Below, one piece after another: positions 31,111 through 40,018 of a stretch of 64,000 nucleotides of DNA. Every line of letters begins with the position of its first letter. Position 1 is the stretch's first letter. Made by a program: the position numbers and the translations under genes. The stretch is from an uncultured virus (IMG/VR IMGVR_UViG_3300019132_000039) (Duplodnaviria; Heunggongvirae; Uroviricota; Caudoviricetes), in IMG/VR virus record IMGVR_UViG_3300019132_000039, one strand, 5' to 3'. Below the pieces are notes generated by a model that saw only the letters and a program-made list of their open reading frames with translations, was not told the DNA's origin and made no database searches.

Positions 31111-33573
31111 ATGTCTACATTAAATTTATGGGAAGTATCAAATATGCTTAATGAACTTAATCCAGAACAACGAGAAGCGGCTACGACGATTAATGGTCAG
31201 GTTCTTGTTTTAGCGGGAGCCGGGTCCGGTAAAACAAAAACCTTAACAGTTCGAATTGCTAATATGCTATCGCAAGGAATTCAAGCAAAAAATATCTTTT
31301 GTGCTACATTTACCAATAAAGCTGCTCGGGAAATGAAAGAACGTTTAGAAAAAGTAGTGGGCGAAGAACCGATGAAGCACATTTGGATGGGTACATTTCA
31401 TAGCTTATGTGTACGCATTTTACGCAAACACGGTCATTTATTAGGATATGAGCAAGATGAAAAAAACAAACGATGCAAGTTTGTTATTTATGATACAGGC
31501 GATGTTTTGCAAGTCATTGAGCGTATTTATAAGCAAATGGGGATTCAAGACAAATACAAGCCTGGGTATGCACTCAGCTATATAGATAATGCCAAAAACA
31601 ATCTATGGGATCCAGAATACTGTACATACCACGTAGCTGAAACAGCTGATGAGCAAGTCATGGCACAAGTGTATATGCATTATCAATTCCAAATGAAGCA
31701 AATGAACGCAATGGATTTTGGCGATCTCATTATGAATACAGTGATTTTGCTTCGTGATTATCCGGAAGCTCGTGATTATTGGCAAGGAAAATTTCAATAT
31801 GTCATGAGTGATGAGTATCAAGATGCCAACTATGCACAATTTCAATTATTATTATTACTTGCTGCGCCGCAATACAATTTGTTTGTCGTGGGTTAATTGT
31901 TAGCTCACGTTAAATCCGGTGAACCTGTACTTGCAGGGTGTGACGTGAGAAGGACACGTTGCTAACGGGGGAAGTGACTCGGTAACGAGAGACAATCCCG
32001 TGCCAAGCCTCATATGAGGAAGGTGTAACGACCATCCCGAAAGGGAGTAGGGTGCAGGTGAAACTCCTACAACCGAAGCGCCGGACCTCTTGAAAGAGAG
32101 TGAAGATATGGTCTCGTCTGCTATGAGAATAGCAGAGAGAATTTCTCGTATTTCCTTTGAAGGTAAATGGTTACATCCTTGTATATGTATTCAAAGATGC
32201 GCTTTACCTGTTGTTTACCGCCATACCGCAATGTAATGGCGTTTCATTGCTTCTTGTTTGGTGGATAACCAACCCATATTTATCAACTTCCTTCCTGTAA
32301 TAGCCTGTTATGGTTATTACAATGTAGTTGGTAATTATGGTCAAAGTGTATATGCGATGAAATTCCAAGATTTACGGACGATTATCAAGCCATTTATGGT
32401 TTCCGTGGTTCTGATATTAATATTATTCTGAATTTTGAGCGGTATTTTCCACAAGCTACTGTTGTGAAACTAGAACAAAATTATCGTTCTGTTCGCAATA
32501 TTGTTCATGCAGGAAATGAAATAGTAAAATACAATAAACACCAAAAAGAAAAGACATTACGAACACCAAGAGAGCCAGGAGAAACCATTAAAGTCATTGG
32601 TTGTGGAAATGAATATCAAGAAGCCGCTTATATTGCAGCCATGATTAAAAAGAAGGTTCTTCAAGATGGATACAAATATGAGGATTTTGCCATTTTATAT
32701 CGTGGAAATGCCCAGTCTCGAGTCATTGAAGACTTCTTCCGTAATCAATTTATTCCATATCAAGTCATTGGTGGTCACGGTTTTTATGATCGGGAAGAGA
32801 TTAAAGATGCCATTGCGTATCTAAGATCGATTTTTAATCGAAAAGATGATACAGCTATTTTGCGTATTCTGAATAAGCCATCTCGTGGAATTGGTAAGAC
32901 CTCTCAAGATAAAATTGAAGAATACGCACATATTCATAAAGTCAGTGTGTATCGAGCTTTAAAAAATGCTAGTGACATTCCAAGTATCAATAAACGTTCA
33001 CTTAGCAAAATTACAGCATTTATCGATTTGCTCGATCACTTTGAAAAGAAATTAGAAAGCGGCTTACTAATGTCCACTTATGTTCGTTATGTATTAGAAC
33101 AATCAGGTCTTTGGGCGTATTATGAAAACGACAAGAAAGCAGATGAGAAAATTGACAATCTAAAAGAGTTTCTTATTCTTGTCGATAAATATGAAACAGA
33201 AAATCCAGATAAAACCTTAGAAGATTTCTTACAAGACATTTCATTAGTGACAGATTCTGAAAACAATAAGAAAACAGACTCTGTTCGTTTGATGACGATG
33301 CATGCTTCAAAAGGATTAGAATTCCCAGTAGTATTTCTCATCGGTTGGAATGAAGGCATATTTCCTTCTTGGAGAAGTCAAAGTGAAAAAGATATCGAAG
33401 AAGAACGTCGTTTGGCTTATGTTGGTATTACCCGTGCAGAAAAAGAATTATTGATCACATGGGCAGAACAAAGATCACAACAAGACGGAAAATCTCGTAT
33501 CTATAAACCTTCTCGATTTTTAGACGAATTGCCTTCTGAAGTGGTAGAATCTACCGTAATTTCTTTTTCTTAA
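31111..33573 (+). CDS. pcrA: PcrA/UvrD SF1A helicase, spliced (exons 31111-31893 and 32377-33573, about 659 aa)
   Basis: AGAGSGKT, TFTNKAA, DEYQD; the exon join restores VVG-DDYQAIYGFRGSD; LEQNYRS, TMHASKGLEF, EEERRLAYVGITRA. Confidence 0.92.
31894..32376 (+). ncRNA. Group I intron in pcrA (483 nt)
   Basis: Exon ends in U, intron ends in G; P1 CGUGGGU/GCUCACG with U.G; P10 UAAUUGUU/GACGAUUA; P7 GACCA(32030)/UGGUC. Confidence 0.93.
32121..32277 (-). pseudogene. Internally deleted antisense LAGLIDADG endonuclease remnant
   Basis: RBS+ATG (MGWLSTKQEAMKR) joined out of frame to LRYGGKQQVKRIFEYIYKDVTIYLQRKYEKF, which resembles the C-terminus of the 41067 endonuclease. Confidence 0.7.
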
Positions 33574-33671
33574 ATAAAAATTCATTAAGTTTCTTGCATT
33601 TTTTATTTTTTTCTTGGATATTATGGTATTATAGATGTGAGAAGCTAATGAAAAAAGGAGATGCATATTAC

Positions 33672-34658
33672 ATGGTGGCCATGCCATTTCGAAAGGTAAA
33701 TCGAGAACAAATTTATAGAGAAATTGTCAAAATGATTGAACAAAGCCCAGAAAGAGAAGTAGAGATTTCTTCTTCAGATTTAGCAGATCAATTTGGCGTA
33801 CAAGCACCAACAATGGATTATCATCTTAATAAATTAGTCGAAGAAGGATATCTTTCACTGTCTCCAAAGCGAGGAAGATATAAACGGAAAATTTATCGTC
33901 TTCCACATCAGGCGCACGAACATATAACAGAAAACATAAAAGAAAAGAAAGAAAAACCAAAAATTGAACTTCATGATACATTTACACCAGAAAGTGCAGA
34001 AAGATTTCGTGAGTTTTTGGAAAAACATATCAAGAAAGACAAAAAAGAGGAAAAAGGAAATCAGACGGTGGCAGAAGAAATAGAAACAAGAGAGGAGAAT
34101 AAGAACGAAGATATTTCTTCTAAAGAGATTCATTCTATAGATGCAGGATTTTCATTAACAAAAAACAAAATTGAAGAACCAATTCAAGTTAAAGAACTAA
34201 CATTAGATGAAAAAATTGAACGTTTCTTGCAACAGGCTAACCAAGTTCATGATGCTCAAGAATTGCTGCGACATGAAGATCGAGAAATTTTATCTGTTAT
34301 GAATGAAACCATTCATCAAACAGTTGTATATCTTAAAGATTTATCTGAACAATTATCCACTGTACAGAATAAAGAATTAATTCAACATTTAATTGATGAT
34401 CGAAATCGCATGCAACAAAAGGTTCAGCGTTTGGAGCAAGAATTGGATGAAACTCGTATGCAACTAAATCAAACCGTCAAACAATATGAGTTGGATCCGA
34501 ATCGAATTCGGTTTATGCATCAATTGATTATTGATACCATTGATGATTATATTAATCGTCCTAACCATGCATTAGCATTGGGTCGAACAGAATTTCGTGA
34601 AAAGGTTTCAAAAGAGATTAGCGACTTAGTGAAATATGTATTGCATTTAGAAAAGTAA
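33672..34658 (+). CDS. Winged-HTH plus coiled-coil protein
   Basis: SSSDLADQFGVQAPTMDYHLNKLVEEGYL. Confidence 0.75.
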   Translation: MVAMPFRKVNREQIYREIVKMIEQSPEREVEISSSDLADQFGVQAPTMDYHLNKLVEEGYLSLSPKRGRYKRKIYRLPHQAHEHITENIKEKKEKPKIELHDTFTPESAERFREFLEKHIKKDKKEEKGNQTVAEEIETREENKNEDISSKEIHSIDAGFSLTKNKIEEPIQVKELTLDEKIERFLQQANQVHDAQELLRHEDREILSVMNETIHQTVVYLKDLSEQLSTVQNKELIQHLIDDRNRMQQKVQRLEQELDETRMQLNQTVKQYELDPNRIRFMHQLIIDTIDDYINRPNHALALGRTEFREKVSKEISDLVKYVLHLEK

Positions 34659-34694
34659 GCACAAAGATTTTTATTACACGAATGCTTTGATGGC

Positions 34695-34717
34695 CCCTCC
34701 GGGGCATTTGGGGAAAA
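34695..34717 (+). promoter_or_regulatory. CCCTCCGGG-N8-BGRAAA element, copy 6
   Basis: ccctccggg gcatttgg ggaaaa upstream of the primase gene. Confidence 0.75.
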
Positions 34718-34740
34718 CTGAATATAAGGAGGAGAACACC

Positions 34741-36114
34741 GTGCCAAAGTACCCAGATGACTTTAAGGAGTATCTTAAATCGATTGCACCTGTACATGAA
34801 GTCATCAATACCATTATTGGTGGGGTAAAATCATCTGGCATTAACTATGTCGCTCATTGTCCATTTCATGATGATGATCGGCCTAGTTTGATGATTAAAC
34901 CTGAAACCAATACGTGGTCATGTAATGGGTGTGGTGCGGGAAGTGCAACCCATAGCCGTGCTACATCTTCGGATGTGTACGGCTTTATTAAAGGGTATTT
35001 TAACTGCAATTTAGGTCAAGCTATCGAATGGTTGGCCAAATATCTCAATGTACCCCTTCCCGCTCTTGACCCACAGCAGCAATATCGTTTAAATCAACAT
35101 CAATGGTGGGTAGAAAAATGTCTTCGTGCTCAACAACGATTTCAACAGAATTTGCTTCAACACCCGGATGCCTATAAGTATCTTCGAAACCGTGGCATTG
35201 AAGATTTAGACATTCACATTTGGGGATTAGGTTTCGGTGATGGAGAAGACCAAGAATTTTTAAATACCAAAGGGAAAATCACGTTTCCGATTCATGACTA
35301 TTATGGAGATATTATTTCATTTACGGGACGTGTGCCGTTTGGTGCTACTGCCTTAGCGGAGTTAAATGAAAAACAAAAAGCAGAAGGAAAACGAATCACT
35401 CCTAAGTATGATCATCGATGGCCATTAACAGAAAAATACGTCAATAAAGAATATCTTCGAAATCATCCCTATCCCGAGTTCGATCGAAATTATTATTTGT
35501 ATGGTATCTACCAAGCCAAAAGCTACATTTCTCAATGGAAAAGAGCTACTCTTGTTGAAGGCTTTACCGATGTTATTCAGCTTCATCGACATGGTATTCG
35601 TAATGCCGTTTCTACCATGGGAATCAATTTAAGTGAACAGCATGTGCAACTTTTAAAACGAGCTGGAGCTATGCATGTATTACTTATGAGAGATGGAGAT
35701 GATGCTGGATTACGGGCTATGGAAAAAGATGCCCTAATTTTAATGAAACATGGATTATCTGTTCAAGTATGCCCGCTTCCTGATGGACATGATCCAGACA
35801 CACTTTGTCGCACATATGGCTTATTAGACGATGCTCTTTCCAAATGCATTCAAAAGAGAACTCGCACATTAACTCAATGGCGAGTAGAAAAAGTTTACCG
35901 AGAACAGCAAGATGAAATCCTATATCATTATGCCCGTATTGGAGAAATTCAAGGAGATCGCATAGAAAGAGTCGTTAAATTATTGGCTGAAGAACAAGAT
36001 CCGATTCAACTGGATATCTTAACAAGACAATATGCAGAGCTTTTTGTAATGTCTTACGAATCTCTAAGAGATAAAGTAGCCTATTACAAACAAAAGGGGG
36101 ATACTCATGTCTAA
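34741..36114 (+). CDS. dnaG: DnaG-type DNA primase
   Basis: CPFHDD...CNGCG zinc finger, FPIHD, FTGR, PKY, VEGFTDV, DGDDAG, DPD; GTG start after AGGAGG. Confidence 0.92.
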   Translation: MPKYPDDFKEYLKSIAPVHEVINTIIGGVKSSGINYVAHCPFHDDDRPSLMIKPETNTWSCNGCGAGSATHSRATSSDVYGFIKGYFNCNLGQAIEWLAKYLNVPLPALDPQQQYRLNQHQWWVEKCLRAQQRFQQNLLQHPDAYKYLRNRGIEDLDIHIWGLGFGDGEDQEFLNTKGKITFPIHDYYGDIISFTGRVPFGATALAELNEKQKAEGKRITPKYDHRWPLTEKYVNKEYLRNHPYPEFDRNYYLYGIYQAKSYISQWKRATLVEGFTDVIQLHRHGIRNAVSTMGINLSEQHVQLLKRAGAMHVLLMRDGDDAGLRAMEKDALILMKHGLSVQVCPLPDGHDPDTLCRTYGLLDDALSKCIQKRTRTLTQWRVEKVYREQQDEILYHYARIGEIQGDRIERVVKLLAEEQDPIQLDILTRQYAELFVMSYESLRDKVAYYKQKGDTHV

Positions 36115-36517
36115 AGAAGCGGTACTACATCTTCATGCGTATATGGAGTTTGATTCATCTAAAATCCAAGAACAAGAAGCCATTGATCGTTTAGAAGAAA
36201 TTCTGAACGAATTAGAAGAACGCCATGGAATCTCTATTAACATTCATGAACGATATACCCAAGATATATAAGAGGTGATCAAGAATGCTCATTCAATGTC
36301 CACGATGTTTACACACTTCGGATTCTGAAAACTGGAATAAGGAAACTTCTTACCAGTATGGTAATAGCTCTATTACGATTGAAGAAGCTCATGAAATCAA
36401 GAAATTGGATGAGTATTGGTTTTGTTGTCCATCTTGCCACCAAAAAGGGATTTCAGGTGACAAATTGATTTTGACTTAAAAAATAATCTCAATATAATGG
36501 GAAAGGAACGATTAGTT

Positions 36518-37264
36518 ATGTCTTACAATAAAGGGAATTACAATAACGGAAACTATAATAACTTTGATTTAAACAACTACGAAACAGTGAAATCTCGAAA
36601 AGTGCGTCTTCGTAATGATCATCCAAATGCACATATTTTACCGTTTCCTATGTCTGATTTGAACTATGCTGCCAATTATATTGTAATGGGAGCATTGATT
36701 TGGAAAGACAAAAAGACATTTGATGAATTAGACTCAAGTATTCATGAAAAGATTGCGAATATTGCTAATACAGTGACTCCACAAAATGCAGGTCTTGCGT
36801 TGGCTTCTTTAGCGGTCTTAGCCAAAGCCGATGGAGCAGGTTATTCGTTATCGATGGCCGGCGGTAAAGGAGCCGATAAAAATGCTTGGGTCGAGAATGC
36901 AGAAGAATCGGCAGTAGGTCGTGCATTAGACAACATGGGATATCATTCCGGATCGGCTTCTCAGGAAGAAATGAAGAAGGTGCAACATATGCAACAAGTA
37001 CAACAAGACCGAGTTCGTCTTGAAAATCAAATTAACGCTATGTATGGGCAACTCATGGCTCAAGGCCATAATCCGCAATATTTATCACAAGTGATTTCAC
37101 AAACGGTAAAACATTTCAATCATCTTCATGAGCTTTCTGTAGATGAATTAGAAAAGCTTCTAAATGCATTACAAGCTGTAGGAGGCCAAAGTGCGTATCA
37201 ACAACAAGTGCAACAAAATGGTTCCGTGAACATTCCTGTTCCTGGTGCTCCTGCACCACGTTAA
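36518..37264 (+). CDS. Rad52/Sak-like single-strand annealing protein (probable)
   Basis: YETVKSR...VENAEESAVGRALDNMG. Confidence 0.6.
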   Translation: MSYNKGNYNNGNYNNFDLNNYETVKSRKVRLRNDHPNAHILPFPMSDLNYAANYIVMGALIWKDKKTFDELDSSIHEKIANIANTVTPQNAGLALASLAVLAKADGAGYSLSMAGGKGADKNAWVENAEESAVGRALDNMGYHSGSASQEEMKKVQHMQQVQQDRVRLENQINAMYGQLMAQGHNPQYLSQVISQTVKHFNHLHELSVDELEKLLNALQAVGGQSAYQQQVQQNGSVNIPVPGAPAPR

Positions 37265-37356
37265 TAAAAACATAAAAAATAAATAATAAATAATTGCCCC
37301 CTCATTATTTCCTGCGATATACTAAACCTATGGAAATATGTGCAGGGGGTACCATT

Positions 37357-37899
37357 ATGAACAAAATTAAAGCGTTGATGAAGCAAGTTCATGCTAATTC
37401 AGGTCCATCTTCAGCACCATTTGTGCAACCAAGTGCGAAAGTCAAATTTTCGATTCCAGAAATCGAAGAGGAGCCAAGAAAAGAGGAAATGATAGTAGAA
37501 GATGTACCAGTGGAACCTGTTATGACGGCAGAAAAACCAAAAACACCTGTTGCAAAATCCGTTAAAGAAGTGCGACATACAATGGTAGCAGTTCAAAAGG
37601 ATTCTTCCTTGCCAACAGGAGTCCTTCAAATCGCTCGTGATGATGTGTCCGTGACATCATATGGAGTGAAACCTGTTGCGACCAATTTTAATTGCTACAA
37701 CAAGGAACTCTTCGAGTGGTTGCGAACCTTTTCCTCGAACAATCAGTTTAATGGAGGCTGTGCCATTACCAAGTCTCAGTTAATTGAAATCGTGTTAGAT
37801 GTTATATACTATGACTTGGGCATTAACCCGATTGGATATGAGTCACAGCAAGCATTGCGAGAAGATATTCAAATGCGAATCAAGGGAATGAAAAGTTGA
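37357..37899 (+). CDS. Disordered N-terminus with possible C-terminal ribbon-helix-helix
   Basis: TNFNCY-NKELFEWLRTF...ITKSQLIEIVLD beta-alpha-alpha pattern. Confidence 0.45.
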   Translation: MNKIKALMKQVHANSGPSSAPFVQPSAKVKFSIPEIEEEPRKEEMIVEDVPVEPVMTAEKPKTPVAKSVKEVRHTMVAVQKDSSLPTGVLQIARDDVSVTSYGVKPVATNFNCYNKELFEWLRTFSSNNQFNGGCAITKSQLIEIVLDVIYYDLGINPIGYESQQALREDIQMRIKGMKS

Positions 37900-37917
37900 G
37901 GATTTTCCTCAACTTTT

Positions 37918-37961
37918 TTGCTTTTCCCTAACTTTTATGATATAATTTGTAATGCATTACA
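37918..37961 (+). promoter_or_regulatory. SigA promoter with a perfect operator over the start site
   Basis: TTGCTT-17-TATAAT (TG-extended) then TGTAATGCATTACA 37948-37961; terminator hairpin just upstream. Confidence 0.8.
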
Positions 37962-37977
37962 ATAAGGAGAGAAGATC

Positions 37978-38406
37978 ATGGAATTAATTCGTCTTTACCT
38001 CTGTAATCGTATTTCCATTGAAACCAATAATATTAGCAATCGAACCTTTCATTTCTTAAAACGAAAAGGATGGTACACGGATAGTCGTTCTAATCAGAAA
38101 TTCTATATGCTAAACAAACGTATTCAAGTAGAGGGTCAATGGTATCGAGCTTTGATTCGATTTGAATACAAGGGAGTAAATGCAGATGAATCTATGGTAT
38201 ATACATTAAGTTCGCCCTGTCCATTTATAGTGACTGAATGCGAAGCCATCGAAACCCTTGATGGTACAGATTCTTGGAAAGATGTAAAAACATATCATGG
38301 TCCGACTTTAAAAAATGTGACAGGTTTACTGAATGCAGGTGTACCAATGGAAGTCATTGATCAAGTTTATGAAGACTTGTATACATGTGTTGATTATCAT
38401 CATTAA
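37978..38406 (+). CDS. Hypothetical protein
   Basis: 142-aa ORF with AAGGAG RBS. Confidence 0.7.
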   Translation: MELIRLYLCNRISIETNNISNRTFHFLKRKGWYTDSRSNQKFYMLNKRIQVEGQWYRALIRFEYKGVNADESMVYTLSSPCPFIVTECEAIETLDGTDSWKDVKTYHGPTLKNVTGLLNAGVPMEVIDQVYEDLYTCVDYHH

Positions 38407-38421
38407 AAAGGAGATGAGAAT

Positions 38422-39807
38422 ATGTCACAACCATGGAAAATTAATCATCCGCTTAGTCAATATACAACCAAATTGCTGCAAATGTATTTAAAATTTCCGG
38501 AAGGTCAACCTATTACTGCTATGGACTGGAGAGCTTTCAATGGGTCTTTTCTTCATCAGTTAACTTCAAAACATGACCAACGTTTTTTATATGGAGTAGA
38601 TGAATTACCAGCGGATTGTGATTCTATGAGAAACACTTATTCCTATTATCGTGTTTCCCAATCCGATTATCGCTCTGAAGCTAAGATCACCAATGATGTT
38701 TTCTCTCTTATGGTGGTTCATCCTTATGTTGATGATCGATTGATTCATGAAGTGTTTGAGCAGATTGATCCATATAATATGCCAAATTTTGAAAAAGAAA
38801 TTCGAGAACAAGTCTTGCGTCAAGAAGAAGAAAAGAAGCGACTGCAAGCTCAAATTTCTAAGCAAATTGATTTTGGCGCACTAAATGAAGATAACACCGA
38901 ACGGAAAGACCAAGAAACAGAAGAGCAGCGTCAAGAGCGGATTGAAAGAAAAATTCGTGCCGAATTAGAAAAACGTGTGAAAGCATGGCGCATGGCCATG
39001 AAAGAGCAACAAAAGAAAATGTCTAGCATGCGATGGGATGCGTTTCTGCTGCAACGAGCAACTACATACCTGCGCCCAGGTGGTATTTTAATCATGATTA
39101 CTCCAAAAGAATTTATTGACGATACGATTGCTTTTAAATTGGTGAATCAGTACGAAGATATTAGAATCCTCCGTTTGGATGATGATGAATATCTTGAATA
39201 TCGAAAATGCATTATCTTAGCCAAAAAACGAAAGAAAGCGACTCGAGAACATTATGAATTAGGAAAGGCCATTGCTCGAACCAAAGAACGACCTTATAAG
39301 TCTTTTGGAAAGATTCGTGAAATTACAGTTCCTGAAGGACATGAACAATATGAAAAGCAAGTCTTCCGAGCTAAAGTGGATGCTATGTATGGAGTAATTG
39401 AACCACAATTGGAGCCTATTTATGAGGTTCCGGCTTGTCATCCAGATGAAATTCAATCATTCCGAGTAGGTCCGGTTACGGGAAGCGAAGCTTTATTATC
39501 CCTTCAAAAATCCAAGTTATTGCAAGTATATCAAGAGAAGAATTCTCAAGTTTTTAATAACTATAATCCTGTGACACCATCTCCACTTCATAAAGGACAT
39601 ATCATGTTATTACTCACATCCGGATTTTTGAATGGATATATTGGCACTGGACCCGATCAGCATCTTGTAAAAGGAAGTGCCATTAAAGATGTTCGTGAAT
39701 TTACAGAAACCGATGATGATGGCTTAACCAAAGTTGTAGAACGAGAATTTTACAATATTGGCGTAAAAATCTTAGATGCCAAAGGACAATTCCGAAAAAT
39801 CATGTAG
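38422..39807 (+). CDS. Degenerate SAM-methyltransferase-like protein
   Basis: LYGVD, FSLMVVHPY in place of NPPY, FLLQRATTYLRPGGILIMITP, PLHKGHIMLLLTSG.LNG. Confidence 0.6.
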   Translation: MSQPWKINHPLSQYTTKLLQMYLKFPEGQPITAMDWRAFNGSFLHQLTSKHDQRFLYGVDELPADCDSMRNTYSYYRVSQSDYRSEAKITNDVFSLMVVHPYVDDRLIHEVFEQIDPYNMPNFEKEIREQVLRQEEEKKRLQAQISKQIDFGALNEDNTERKDQETEEQRQERIERKIRAELEKRVKAWRMAMKEQQKKMSSMRWDAFLLQRATTYLRPGGILIMITPKEFIDDTIAFKLVNQYEDIRILRLDDDEYLEYRKCIILAKKRKKATREHYELGKAIARTKERPYKSFGKIREITVPEGHEQYEKQVFRAKVDAMYGVIEPQLEPIYEVPACHPDEIQSFRVGPVTGSEALLSLQKSKLLQVYQEKNSQVFNNYNPVTPSPLHKGHIMLLLTSGFLNGYIGTGPDQHLVKGSAIKDVREFTETDDDGLTKVVEREFYNIGVKILDAKGQFRKIM

Positions 39808-40018
39808 GTGATTACATGTACCGTCAAATTAAAATTGAAACCAATAAAACATATGGTAACTGGGATTGGACAAAAGATGGGCAATACCCAACACCACGAG
39901 TAAAAGGGAAAGATAAGCGTCGCCGTAATAAACATCAACGAAATATTGAAAAACGATGGATAAGAAATGAAATCAAAATATGGGAAGCCTAAAAAATACA
40001 AACAAAGAGGTGAAAGAA

